DNA of 64,000 nt from an uncultured Solirubrobacterales bacterium (GTDB lineage Bacteria; Actinomycetota; Thermoleophilia; Solirubrobacterales; Solirubrobacteraceae), in assembly GCA_963849285.1 (NCBI GenBank), contig CAWKGS010000004.1, positions 180,800-244,799 of the forward strand. The letters are read 5' to 3'. Numbering within the stretch: position 1 is the stretch's first letter; each line of letters opens with the position of its first letter. The position numbers and the translations under genes are program-made. Of this stretch, positions 41,762-52,552 are shown piece after piece. The notes under the pieces are model-generated. The model was given only the letters and a program-made list of their open reading frames with translations, searched no databases and was not told where the DNA came from.

Positions 41762-41877
41762 GATACAAACGTGCCACTCGAACCCGCCGCCGCGGCCGAG
41801 AGTGACGTTGATCTCGGTGGGCGACATCAACGTGACTTTCGAGGGGCCGGGCAGATCGAATGTGACGTTGATCTCGG
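41762..41877. repeat. Cluster of alternating inverted ~17-21-bp units (REP/BIME-like) between convergent genes
   Basis: GTGACGTTGATCTCGG at 41802 and 41862, an inverted copy at 41821-41837 and a degenerate copy at 41762. Confidence 0.7.
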
Positions 41878-41922
41878 GCGGTTCGCCTGGGGCGGTCGGC
41901 CGCCGCCGGCCGGCCTCGCGCG

Positions 41923-42732
41923 CTACCGCGCCGACGCCGACGCCGGCACGAGCACCTGCTCGATCCCGGTCGCCCGCATCGGCCCGGCCTCCGCCCGGAT
42001 CAGAACCCCGTTGAGCCACGGATCCTCGTCGGCGGTCTCGAACCGGACCGGCATCTTGGTGATCATCGCCTCCAGCGCCTGCTCGCGCTTGACGCCGATC
42101 ACCCCGCCGCGCGCCCCCGTCATCCCGACGTCGGTGATGTACGCCGTCCCCCCCGGGAGGATCCGGGCGTCCGCCGTCGGGACGTGCGTGTGGGTCCCGA
42201 CCACCGCCGTCACCCGCCCGTCCAGGTGCCAGCCCATCCCCACCTTCTCGCTCGTCGCCTCCGCGTGCATGTCCACGAGCACGTGATCGGCGGTGCCCTC
42301 GAGGGCGTGCAGCGCCGCATCTGCCTCCGGGAACGCGGGCCGGCCGGCGTTCATGTACAGGTTGCCCGACAACGAGACGACGCCCAGCCGCGCCCCGTCC
42401 CCGCCGGACACCACGCACCAGCCATGCCCGGGCTGGCTGCGCAGGAAGTTCGCGGGTCGCAGGATCCGCTCCTCCGTATCCAGGTATGGGTAGATCTCGC
42501 GGTGTCGGTAGGTGTGGTTGCCGAGCGTGATCACGTCGACTCCGGCGCCGAACATCGCGTTCGCGATCTTTGGCGTGATCCCCAGGCCCCCCGCTGCGTT
42601 CTCGCCGTTGACGACGACGAACGTCGGCTCGTAGCGCTCTCGCAGCCAAGGCAATAGCGCCAGCAAGATGCGACGGCCGGCGCCGCCCACGACGTCGCCG
42701 ATGAAGAGGATGCTGACAGCGGGCTCGTTCAC
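41923..42732 (-). CDS. ymdB: YmdB/TIGR00282 metallophosphoesterase
   Basis: IGDVVG, NGEN, TLGNH, DMHAEATSEK, GTHTHVPTAD and TDVGMTG. Confidence 0.92.
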   Translation of the reverse strand: MNEPAVSILFIGDVVGGAGRRILLALLPWLRERYEPTFVVVNGENAAGGLGITPKIANAMFGAGVDVITLGNHTYRHREIYPYLDTEERILRPANFLRSQPGHGWCVVSGGDGARLGVVSLSGNLYMNAGRPAFPEADAALHALEGTADHVLVDMHAEATSEKVGMGWHLDGRVTAVVGTHTHVPTADARILPGGTAYITDVGMTGARGGVIGVKREQALEAMITKMPVRFETADEDPWLNGVLIRAEAGPMRATGIEQVLVPASASAR

Positions 42733-42912
42733 GTCTACTCGGCGCTCATACTTCCAGTTGCATGCGTTTCAGGCGTCCATGGGGCACACCGGCGACGGCC
42801 GAGTCTGGCGTGGCGCCGGATCGTCCCGGCGATCCCGCGCCGCCAACGGAACCCATCCGCGCCGACGTCCCCACCCCCCGGCGCCGAGGATCTCGGCGCT
42901 CCGGGAACGCCG

Positions 42913-44127
42913 GTGGCCCCGGTGGTGTTCCCGCGCTGGATGCAGCTCGTGCTGCTCCCCCTCGCTCTTTTGGCGCTGTGGGCGCTCGCCCGCGCTGCGC
43001 ACACGGTCCTGCTGATCCTCGTCGCGGCGAGCATGGCCGCGCTGATCCTCAACCCGCTGGTCAAGCGGGTCGAGCGCTACCTCCCGCGTGGGCTTGCGAT
43101 CGCGCTCGTGTACCTGATGTTCCTCGCGCTCATCGCCGGCGTGGGCGTTCTGCTCTCGGACCCGATCAGCACGCAGGTCAGTCGCCTCGCCAACGATGTC
43201 CCGCACCTCGTCAACAAGGCCAACAAGGAGCTCGCGAGCTTCCAGACCTTCCTGAACACCCACGGGATCAAGATCCAGATCCAGCAGCAGGGGCAGACCG
43301 CGCTGCAGACCCTCGAGCGCAACGTGCTCAAGGGCTCGGGCAACGTCGTCTCCTTCTCGCGCGACCTCCTCTCGCAGGTCGTGACCACCTCGTTCGACCT
43401 CGTGCTGGTGCTCGTGCTGTCGATTTACCTGCTCGTCTACGGCCGGGAGATCGGCGCGCTGGTGCGGCGACTGATGCCGCCGGGCGACGGGACGCCCGAG
43501 GACGACTACCCGGTGCTGGTGCAGCGGGCCGTGTTCGGCTACGTGCGCGGGCAGATCCTGTTCAGCCTGGTGATGGGCTCGAGCGCCGCGGTCGCGCTCT
43601 GGGTCTTCGGGATCCTCGGGATCTTCCCGGCGGGCGAGCACTACGCCGTCTTCTTCGGAGGCTTCTACGGCCTGATGGAGTTCGTCCCCTACGTCGGCCC
43701 GATCATCGGTCCCGCCCCCGCGGTGCTGGTCGCGCTCTTCAACGACCCGATCAGCGCATTGTGGGTGGTCCTGCTGTTCGTCGCGCTGCAGCAGCTCGAG
43801 GGGCACCTGGTCGCCCCGCAGGTGTTCCGGATCTCGCTGCGGATCAACCCGATCCTGGTCATCCTCTCGCTGCTGCTCGGCTTCGAGCTCTACGGCGTCG
43901 CGGGCGCGCTGCTCGCGCTGCCGCTTGCCGCCGTGATCCGCACGACCGTGGTCTACCTGCGCCGGCACATGGTGTTCGAGCCGTGGACCGTGGCCGGTGC
44001 TCGGACCGCCATGCTGCCGCTCGGGCCCGACCGATGTCCGGAGTGCGGCGCCGTCGCGGCGGCCAATGCCGTCTTCTGCAGCGCCTGTGGGTCATCGCTC
44101 GAACCACGGATCCGCACCCCGAGTTAG
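42913..44127 (+). CDS. AI-2E (PerM) family transporter with a C-terminal zinc ribbon
   Basis: FVPYVGP and QQLEGHLVAP; CPECG...CSACG tail. Confidence 0.88.
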   Translation: MAPVVFPRWMQLVLLPLALLALWALARAAHTVLLILVAASMAALILNPLVKRVERYLPRGLAIALVYLMFLALIAGVGVLLSDPISTQVSRLANDVPHLVNKANKELASFQTFLNTHGIKIQIQQQGQTALQTLERNVLKGSGNVVSFSRDLLSQVVTTSFDLVLVLVLSIYLLVYGREIGALVRRLMPPGDGTPEDDYPVLVQRAVFGYVRGQILFSLVMGSSAAVALWVFGILGIFPAGEHYAVFFGGFYGLMEFVPYVGPIIGPAPAVLVALFNDPISALWVVLLFVALQQLEGHLVAPQVFRISLRINPILVILSLLLGFELYGVAGALLALPLAAVIRTTVVYLRRHMVFEPWTVAGARTAMLPLGPDRCPECGAVAAANAVFCSACGSSLEPRIRTPS

Positions 44128-44154
44128 AACCGCGCTTCATGGGTAAGCACGAAG

Positions 44155-44433
44155 GTGATGAGTTACGGCAGAGGGGTGCTCGAGAAGTCGCCGATCGAGG
44201 ATCGGACGTTGGAGCGCCAGGGGCGGCGAATGGCTCACCTCGCCGTCCGGCTCGTGCTGATCGGCCTCGTGATCGCGATCCCCGGAATCGTGCTGATCGC
44301 AATCGACGCGGGTACGCTCGGAATCGGCGTCGGCGTCGTTCTGCTGGCCAGCATTCCGGCCGCGTTCGGCGTCGCCCTGCTGTTCTCCTCGGCCGTCGCC
44401 CGCTGGGCCGCTCGTCACAAGCTCTTCGCGTAG
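44155..44433 (+). CDS. Small hypothetical membrane protein (start uncertain)
   Basis: Two hydrophobic helices. Confidence 0.6.
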   Translation: MMSYGRGVLEKSPIEDRTLERQGRRMAHLAVRLVLIGLVIAIPGIVLIAIDAGTLGIGVGVVLLASIPAAFGVALLFSSAVARWAARHKLFA

Positions 44434-44475
44434 CGACCATCTGCGCGCAACAGCCCAGGCGCTAGCCTGCGGCCG

Positions 44476-45204
44476 GTGTCCGCCAGCATCGCATCGGGCG
44501 ACCGCGCCGCCACGCTGGTGGCGCGCGGGCTGAGCAAGCGGTTCGGCACGCGCGTCGCGCTGCAATCGATCAGCTTCGAGCTCAACCCGGGCGAGCTGGT
44601 ATCGATCATCGGACCGAATGGCGCCGGCAAGACCACGCTCCTGTCGATCCTCGCCGGCGTGCTCGCGCCGACCGAGGGCGAGGTCACCCGCACCCCGCAG
44701 GAGATCGGCTGGGTCCCGCAGCAACCCGCGCTCTACTCCAAGCTCTCCGTCGCCGAGAACCTGCGCCTGTTTGCGCGGCTGGAGAAGGTCGCCGACCCCG
44801 AGGGCGCAGTGCGCGAGATGCTCGAGCAGACCGGGCTCGAGGACCGGGCCGACGAGGAGGTGGGGCGTCTCTCGGGCGGCAACCAGCAGCGCGTGAACAT
44901 CGCGATCGGACTGCTGTCGGAACCGTCGGTGCTGCTGCTCGACGAGCCCTCGGCATCGCTCGACCCCCGCCAGCGCGAGCGGCTGTGGGAGTTCATCGGC
45001 GGTCTCGCCGGGCGCGGCACCACCGTCGTCTACTCGAGCCACAACGTCGCTGAGGCCGAGCGGTACGCGGACCGGGTGCTCGTTCTGGTCGACGGCGAGC
45101 TGCTGTTCACGGGCACGCCGGGCGAGCTCGAGCGGACCGTGGGTGGGGACCCGCGCGACTTCGAGTCCGCGTTCGTCAGCTTCCTGCGCGCGCGCGGGCA
45201 CTGA
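44476..45204 (+). CDS. ABC-2 type transporter ATP-binding protein
   Basis: GPNGAGKTT, LSGGNQQR and LLDEP. Confidence 0.92.
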   Translation: MSASIASGDRAATLVARGLSKRFGTRVALQSISFELNPGELVSIIGPNGAGKTTLLSILAGVLAPTEGEVTRTPQEIGWVPQQPALYSKLSVAENLRLFARLEKVADPEGAVREMLEQTGLEDRADEEVGRLSGGNQQRVNIAIGLLSEPSVLLLDEPSASLDPRQRERLWEFIGGLAGRGTTVVYSSHNVAEAERYADRVLVLVDGELLFTGTPGELERTVGGDPRDFESAFVSFLRARGH

Positions 45205-45212
45205 GCCGCGCG

Positions 45213-46565
45213 ATGCGTTGGCTGCTGATCAAGGACCTCCAGATCCTCCGGCGCTCGCCGCTGCTCGTCGGGCTGCTGATCGTCTATCCGGTGGTGATCG
45301 CGCTGATGATCGGGTTCGCGCTCTCGAGCCCGCCCGGCAAGCCGAAGGTCGCCTTCCTCAACGAGGTCCCGCGCGGTCAGGGCCGCCTCAACTTCGGCAG
45401 CCAGCGGATCAACATCTCCAGCTATGCGCGCGAGCTGTTCCAGTCGATTGATCCGGTCAAGGTCGGCTCGGAGGCCGAGGCAATCGCGAAGGTCCGCAAC
45501 GGCCAGGCGCTCGCCGCGCTGATCATCCCCCCGGACATCGCCACCCAGATCCAGAACCTGGTCGAGAACGGGACCGGCACCCCGACGGTCGATGTGATCC
45601 TGAACTCGAGTGATCCGGTCGAGCGGCAGTTCGTGGATCAGGCGATCACCTCGCGCGTGAACCAGGTCGAGCAGCTCGTCTCAAAGCAGGTCCTCAAGGT
45701 CGCGGTCGGTGATCTGCAGGTGGTGCTCGACGGCGGCGCGATCAACTTCGCCGGCCAGAACGTCCAGCTGCTCGGTCTGCGCAGCTCGCACGCGATCGTG
45801 CAGGGCGCCGCGGCCGGCCTTCCCGCGCACTCTCCCTACAAGGCCGCGCTCGGGCAGGTCGCCAACTTCGCCAGCCTCGCGATCCTGGGGCTCGGCTTCG
45901 CCAATCCGGTGCTCGGCTCGATCGGGAATCCGCTCTCGGTCAACGTCACCGAGCTCGCCGGCAGGACCACACCCACGAACTCCTACGCGGTCGCGATCGC
46001 GGTGATCGTCTCGCTGATGTTCGTGACGCTGCTGCTGGCCGCGGGGATGCTCGCGATCGAGCGCTCCGAGAACGCCTACTCGCGACTCGTCCGCGGGCTC
46101 GTGTCGCCCGAGCGGCTGCTGTCGGAGAAGATCGTGCTCGCGGCCGGCTGCGCGGCGGCCGTGACGCTCGTGATGTCGGCGTGCGTGTCGGCGTTCGTCC
46201 ACCTCGACTGGGCCCGCCTCGAGCTGTGGGTGGTCGCGCTCGCGCTCGGCGGACTCGCCTTCGGCGCGCTCGGCGTCGCCATCGGCGGGCTCGCGCGCGA
46301 GGTCAGCGCGGCCTCGCTGATGGCTTTCCTGCTGTCGCTGCCGATCGCGTTCGTCGCGCTCGTTCCCTCCACCGCGGTCTCCGGCGGCCTGCACACGGTC
46401 CTCGACGTGATCGCGTTCCTGTTCCCGTTCAAGCCGGCTCTTCAGGCGATCAACAACGCGTTCAGCGCGACCTCGCCCGGCATCGGCCTGCCGCTTCTGC
46501 ACCTCGCGGTGCTGACCGTGGTCTTCGCGGTGCTGGCGCGCCTGTCCCTCAGGCGCTTCGCCTGA
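45213..46565 (+). CDS. ABC-2 type transporter permease
   Basis: KDLQILRR start, one N-terminal and five C-terminal TM segments around a large loop. Confidence 0.85.
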   Translation: MRWLLIKDLQILRRSPLLVGLLIVYPVVIALMIGFALSSPPGKPKVAFLNEVPRGQGRLNFGSQRINISSYARELFQSIDPVKVGSEAEAIAKVRNGQALAALIIPPDIATQIQNLVENGTGTPTVDVILNSSDPVERQFVDQAITSRVNQVEQLVSKQVLKVAVGDLQVVLDGGAINFAGQNVQLLGLRSSHAIVQGAAAGLPAHSPYKAALGQVANFASLAILGLGFANPVLGSIGNPLSVNVTELAGRTTPTNSYAVAIAVIVSLMFVTLLLAAGMLAIERSENAYSRLVRGLVSPERLLSEKIVLAAGCAAAVTLVMSACVSAFVHLDWARLELWVVALALGGLAFGALGVAIGGLAREVSAASLMAFLLSLPIAFVALVPSTAVSGGLHTVLDVIAFLFPFKPALQAINNAFSATSPGIGLPLLHLAVLTVVFAVLARLSLRRFA

Positions 46566-46574
46566 GCGCTCGCC

Positions 46575-46793
46575 TCAGCGGTTGCCGACCGTGCGCAGGA
46601 AGCCGAAGACGCACAGGGCGCAGATGATCAGCGCGATGACCGGCAGGCCGGCGCCGACGATGCCGACGATCGAGAGCGCAAGCCCGACGACGCCGATGGT
46701 GCCCGAGACGGCGCTTGCGACGACCAGCTGGTAGGCGCGCCGTTCGCGAACCCGTCGAGGCGTGTAGCTGCCACGCTTCTGGATATCGGCCAC
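46575..46793 (-). CDS. Small hypothetical membrane protein
   Basis: Basic N-terminus plus two TM helices; GTG 46793 chosen to avoid overlap with the divergent gene. Confidence 0.6.
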   Translation of the reverse strand: MADIQKRGSYTPRRVRERRAYQLVVASAVSGTIGVVGLALSIVGIVGAGLPVIALIICALCVFGFLRTVGNR

Positions 46794-46812
46794 GTCTGGA
46801 GGGTACCGCGTC

Positions 46813-47085
46813 ATGCCAGAGCATCATCTTTTGATCTACGAGTACGTCGAGGATGTCGTCGAGCGGCGCCGCCCGCACCGCGAGGCTCACCTCGCGCACA
46901 TCCGCGCGGGTAAGGAGGCCGGGCGGATCTTGATGGCGGGCGCGCTTGGCGACCCTGCACATGGCGCGGCGCTCGTGTTCGAGGGCGTCGACCCCGAGCT
47001 GATCGAGGCGTTCGTCGAGGCCGACCCCTACGTGACCGCGGGCCTGGTGGTGGCGCATCGCGTCGAGCCCTGGACTCTCGTCTGA
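46813..47085 (+). CDS. YciI family protein
   Basis: RRPHREAHLA, MAGALGDP and ADPYV. Confidence 0.9.
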   Translation: MPEHHLLIYEYVEDVVERRRPHREAHLAHIRAGKEAGRILMAGALGDPAHGAALVFEGVDPELIEAFVEADPYVTAGLVVAHRVEPWTLV

Positions 47086-47118
47086 GCGCGCGACCGAGCC
47101 TGGAAACTGGTCGCGCGC
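47086..47118. terminator. GC-rich hairpin after the yciI-like gene
   Basis: GCGCGCGACC / GGTCGCGCGC 10-bp stem; no clear U tract. Confidence 0.4.
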
Positions 47119-47135
47119 CGGTATCCTCAACCGCG

Positions 47136-48097
<962 letters not shown>

Positions 48098-48110
<13 letters not shown>

Positions 48111-49186
48111 GCACCAGACACGGACTCAAGCTGCGCTCCCGCAAGGACGGGGCCGCGATCCCGCTGACCGAGCAGGACAAGCAGCTGCTGAACCTGATGC
48201 AGGGCCGCTTCCCGATCGCGCCCCGCCCTTACCAGCACGTCGCCGCCGAAGCCGGGATCACCGAGGAGGAGGCGCTCGCGCGGGTCCAGCACCTGCTCGA
48301 CGAGCGGATCATCCGCCAGGTCACGCCGATCTTCGACACGCGCGCCCTCGGCTACTCGTCGATGCTGGTCGCCGCCAAGGTCGATCCCGGGAACCCCTGG
48401 CGCGCCGCGAACATCATCAACGCGCATCCCGGCGTCTCGCACAACTACCTGCGCAACCACGAGTTCAACATCTGGTTCACGATCGCGACGGAGCCGGACT
48501 CGCCGCTCGGGCTCGACCGGACCCTCGAGGTGCTCGCGGCGGAGGCCGGGGCCGACTCGATCCGCCAGCTCCCCACCCTGAAGCTGTTCAAGATCCGGAT
48601 GGACCTCGAGATGCAGGGCGACACCGACGCGCTCTCCAAGGCGGTCGAGGTGGCGCCGCCCGCCGAGACCGAGCGCCAGCCCTACGACGAGTTCGACAAG
48701 GCGGTGATCCGCGCGACCCAGGGTGACCTGCCCGTGGTCCCCGAGCCCTACGCGCCCGCCGCGGCGAGGCTGGGTATCGCTCAGGAGCAGTTGCTGACGC
48801 ACCTCGCCGGCATGCAGGAGCGGCGGCTACTACGCCGCGTAGCAGCAATCCTGTACCATCGGCGCGCTGGATTCAGCGCGAACGGAATGGGCGTGTGGAA
48901 GGTCCCCGAGGAGCAGGTCATGCAGTTGGGGCCGCGAATGGCCGCGTTCCGCGGGATCTCGCATTGCTATCAGCGACCGACGTACGCGGACTGGCCCTAT
49001 TCGATCTTCACGATGGCGCACGGCCGCTCCAAGGAGGAGTGCGACGCGATCCTCGAGTCGATCGCGCAGCAGACCGGCGTCACCGGCCGTGCCACGCTCT
49101 ACTCCTCGACCGAGTTCAAGAAGATCCGGCTGCTGTATTTCACGGAGGACTACCGAGCCTGGGAACGCGAGCACGCCGGAGTGTGA
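48098..49186 (+). CDS. ahbAB: Fused siroheme decarboxylase AhbA-AhbB (NirDL/GH-like)
   Basis: Two Lrp-like halves containing GVSHNYLRNHEFNIWFT and GISHCYQR...YSIFTMAH; located among hem genes. Confidence 0.85.
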
Positions 49187-50436
49187 GCCGCTCCGAGGAG
49201 CTCTATCACCGGGCGCTCGGTCTCCTTCCCGGAGGGGTCAACTCGCCCGTCCGCGCGATGCGCGCGATCGGCCGTGACCCGCTGTTCATCGCCCGCGGCG
49301 AGGGCGCGACGATCGTGGACGTGGACGGCAACGAGTACATCGACTGGGTGTGCTCGTGGGGCCCGCTGATCGCCGGCCACGCCCACCCTGCCGTGATCGA
49401 CGCGGTCTGCTCGACCGCCACCGACGGCACCACCTTCGGCGCGCCCACCAAGGGCGAGGTGGTCCTCGCCGCCGAGATCACGGCGCGGATCCCCTCGGTC
49501 GAGATGGTCAGGTTGACCTCGTCGGGCACCGAGGCGACGATGAGCGCGATTCGGCTGGCGCGCGCGGTCACCGAGCGGGAGCTCGTGCTGAAGTTCGCGG
49601 GCGCCTACCACGGGCACGTGGACGGACTGCTCGCGCAGGCAGGCTCGGGGCTCGCCACGCAGGGCATCCCCTCCAGCCCCGGCGTCCTGGCGGCGGCGGC
49701 GGCCGCCACCGTGATCGTGCCGTGGAACGACCGCCGCGCGCTGATCGAGGCGACGGAGCGCTACGAGCTCGCGGCGATCCTGGCCGAGCCGGTTCCGGCG
49801 AACATGGGCGTGGTGCCGCCGGCCGACGGCTTCCTCGAGCTGCTCCGCGAGCGCGCCGATGCCAACGGCGCGCTGCTCGTCTTCGACGAGGTGATCTCGG
49901 GCTTCCGGGTCGCGCGTGGCGGAGCGCAGGAGCGCTACGGCGTGATGCCGGACCTGACGATCCTCGGCAAGGTCGTCGGCGGCGGGCTGCCGGCGGCCGC
50001 GTACGGCGGCACCGCGAGCCTGATGGAGCGAATCGCTCCGGCCGGCGACGTCTACCAAGCGGGAACCCTCTCCGGCAATCCGCTGGCCGTCGCGGCGGCG
50101 CTGGCGACGCTCGAGCTGCTCGACGGGCGCGCGTACCGCCGCCTGGAGCGCATCACCGAGAAGCTTGCGAACGGGTTGCGCGACGCCGGGCTACACGTCG
50201 AGAGCGTGCCTGGGCTGCTGACGCCGTTCTTCTGCGACGGGCCGGTCCGCGACTACGACGACGTCGCCGGGTCCGGCCTCGAGTCATACGGGGCGTTCTG
50301 CCGCGCCCTGCTCGATCGCGGCATCTACCCGCCGGCGTCGCAGTTCGAGGCGTGGTTTCCGTCGCTCGCGCACACCGAGGAGCACGTCCAGGCGACCGTC
50401 CGGGCCGCACGTGATGCGCTCGGAGAGATGCGATGA
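49183..50436 (+). CDS. hemL: Glutamate-1-semialdehyde 2,1-aminomutase
   Basis: PGGVNSPVRA, SSGTEA, YHGH, FDEVISGFR, GKVVGGGLP and AGTLSGNP. Confidence 0.96.
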   Translation: MSRSEELYHRALGLLPGGVNSPVRAMRAIGRDPLFIARGEGATIVDVDGNEYIDWVCSWGPLIAGHAHPAVIDAVCSTATDGTTFGAPTKGEVVLAAEITARIPSVEMVRLTSSGTEATMSAIRLARAVTERELVLKFAGAYHGHVDGLLAQAGSGLATQGIPSSPGVLAAAAAATVIVPWNDRRALIEATERYELAAILAEPVPANMGVVPPADGFLELLRERADANGALLVFDEVISGFRVARGGAQERYGVMPDLTILGKVVGGGLPAAAYGGTASLMERIAPAGDVYQAGTLSGNPLAVAAALATLELLDGRAYRRLERITEKLANGLRDAGLHVESVPGLLTPFFCDGPVRDYDDVAGSGLESYGAFCRALLDRGIYPPASQFEAWFPSLAHTEEHVQATVRAARDALGEMR

Positions 50437-50936
50437 GCGATTCGTTGACGCGGGCCTTGCGCGACCAGGGCGGGCTTCTCGCCGAGCTCGCGGAGGAGAT
50501 CGTAGCCGTCCGCCCCTCGGCGTCCGGCCCCGCGCAGCTCGCGGCATCCGGCCCGCGCGCGTCTGGGCATGAGCACGAGTACGAGCTCCTGCTCGAGCTG
50601 ATCCTGGCCGGCTCCCGGTTGCACTACGCCGCGACCAAGGTGGAGCCGGACGTCGCACTGCTCCTGGGCGACCAGCTCTACGCGCTCGGGCTGCGGCGCC
50701 TGGCCGTGCTGGGGGACCTCGAGGCGGTCGCCGAGCTGGGCGATGTGATCTCCCTCGTCGCCCGGGCGCAGGCCGGCGGCGACGCGGATCTCGCGGACGC
50801 CGTCTGGCGGGCGGGGGCGGCGGCGATCGGGTGGGGAGCCCGGGCCTGCCACGAGCACGCCAAAGCGCTTGCGCGCCGGGGCGATCCGTCCGCGCGCGAG
50901 GCGTTGCTGCGGGCCGCCGCGGGGCCGAGATCGTGA
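50433..50936 (+). CDS. Catalytically degenerate trans-prenyltransferase homologue (candidate small subunit)
   Basis: LELILAGSRLHY...ALLLGDQLYALGL...L aligns by eye to VELVHAATLVHDD...ATGDLLFSRAF of 54032..54994 but lacks DDxxD. Confidence 0.55.
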   Translation: MSDSLTRALRDQGGLLAELAEEIVAVRPSASGPAQLAASGPRASGHEHEYELLLELILAGSRLHYAATKVEPDVALLLGDQLYALGLRRLAVLGDLEAVAELGDVISLVARAQAGGDADLADAVWRAGAAAIGWGARACHEHAKALARRGDPSAREALLRAAAGPRS

Positions 50937-51008
50937 CGGACGTCTCGTTCTTGACGATAAGGTTCTCGGCCCGTTCAATTCAGGTCGCCGCCGTAGGCAG
51001 AGGCCCCC

Positions 51009-51692
51009 TTGCCAGACCGACGTAGAGCCGCAAAATCCAAGTACACGCTCGACCGGGACATGCCGGGAGCGTTCGAAGGCGAGACCATCACTCGTCGCGC
51101 ACTGATGAACGTCGGCGCGCAGACGGCCGGTGCGGTTGCGGTCGCCGCCTTCACGCTGCCCGCGCTCGGGTTCGCGCTCGCGCCGGTGTTCCACGAGGAC
51201 TCCTTCCCCTGGCAGCCGGTCGGGCGTCCCGGAGACTTCCCACTCGACACCTACGTCGTGAAGGTGATCACGCTCGTCGGCGGGATCGGCGAGGCCGGTA
51301 AGTCGATCGCGTACATGCGCAAGCGCAATCCGGCGATCGATACCGAGCCCGCGGACAAGTACAACCAGTACGTCGCGCTGTCCTCGCGCTGCATGCACCT
51401 GGGTTGTCCCGTCCGCTTCGTGGCCGCCGCGGAGCGCTTCATCTGCCCGTGTCACGGCGGTGTCTACGACTTCCGGGGCGAGGTCGTTGGCGGCCCGCCC
51501 GTCCGCCCGCTCGACCGCTTCTACACGCGGCTGAACTCGACGACCGGCCTGGTCGAGGTCGGCCCTCGGTATTCGGTCAACGACCAGCTTCGGCGCTTCT
51601 CGCCGCGGGATCCCGGAGAGCCGCTCGACGGCATCGGCCAATATCTCTACCCGGCGCGGTTCTCCACGCCGGCGCCCCCGCCAGGCGGATAG
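51009..51692 (+). CDS. qcrA: Rieske iron-sulfur subunit of a quinol:cytochrome c reductase
   Basis: Tat motif TRRALM, a TM anchor, and CMHLGC plus CPCHGG. Confidence 0.93.
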   Translation: MPDRRRAAKSKYTLDRDMPGAFEGETITRRALMNVGAQTAGAVAVAAFTLPALGFALAPVFHEDSFPWQPVGRPGDFPLDTYVVKVITLVGGIGEAGKSIAYMRKRNPAIDTEPADKYNQYVALSSRCMHLGCPVRFVAAAERFICPCHGGVYDFRGEVVGGPPVRPLDRFYTRLNSTTGLVEVGPRYSVNDQLRRFSPRDPGEPLDGIGQYLYPARFSTPAPPPGG

Positions 51693-51694
51693 CG

Positions 51695-52513
51695 ATGCCC
51701 AAGCTCCCAGCCCCGCCCCTCCCGAAGTTCCTGCTTCCGCGGCCCAAGCGCCCTGGCGAGAACAACGGAACCGCCGGGGCGCTCGACCCGATCGAAGCCG
51801 GGGTCACCGTCGTTGACTGGATTGACGAGCGCACCTCGCTCTCGCCCGGCATTCGCTGGCTGATGTTCCGCAAGGTGCCTCGCGGGATCAACTGGGCCTA
51901 CACGCTCGGCTCGGCCACGCTGTTCGCGTTCCTGAACCAGGCCGTCACAGGCGTGTTCCTGGCGATGTACTACCGCCCGGACGCGTCCGGGGGGGCCTAC
52001 GAGTCCGTCCGCTACATCAACGACGACGTGTTCCTCGGGCAGCTCGTGCACGCCATGCACAAGTGGGGAGCGTCGGTGATGATCATCTTGATCTTCCTGC
52101 ACATGGCGCGGGTGTTCTTCTACGGCGGCTACAAGTACCCCAGGGAGCTGACCTGGGTGATCGGCGTCGTGCTGCTGATCCTGACCCTCGCGATGGGCTT
52201 CACCGGCTACCTGCTGCCGTTCGACCAGCGCTCCTACTGGGCGACGATCGTCGGCGTCAACATCAACGCGACCGGGCCGTTCATCGGGCCGTTCCTGTCG
52301 GACTTCCTGCGCGCCGGGCCGGAGTTCGGCGCGACGACCCTGTCGCGGTTCTACTCCATCCACATGCTGCTGATCCCGGGGGCGATGGCCGCGCTGATCG
52401 GCGCGCACCTGTACCTCGTCACGAAGCTCGGGATCAGTGCGCCGCCGTGGATCAGGGCGGAGTCCGAGACGGACGCGGCGGTCGAGGCCGAACTGACGCG
52501 CGCGGAGGTCTGA
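51695..52513 (+). CDS. qcrB: Cytochrome b6-like N-terminal subunit
   Basis: Four TM segments with heme ligands in MHKWGAS, LHMARV, IHML and AHL; FTGYLLP. Confidence 0.92.
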   Translation: MPKLPAPPLPKFLLPRPKRPGENNGTAGALDPIEAGVTVVDWIDERTSLSPGIRWLMFRKVPRGINWAYTLGSATLFAFLNQAVTGVFLAMYYRPDASGGAYESVRYINDDVFLGQLVHAMHKWGASVMIILIFLHMARVFFYGGYKYPRELTWVIGVVLLILTLAMGFTGYLLPFDQRSYWATIVGVNINATGPFIGPFLSDFLRAGPEFGATTLSRFYSIHMLLIPGAMAALIGAHLYLVTKLGISAPPWIRAESETDAAVEAELTRAEV

Positions 52514-52552
52514 GGCCGTGATCGAGCCCGGACGCCGCGGAGGACCCAGGCC

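Noticed and set aside
41762-41877. Possible CRISPR array
   Set aside because: The units alternate in orientation, there are few copies, there are no unique spacers of regular length, and no cas genes.
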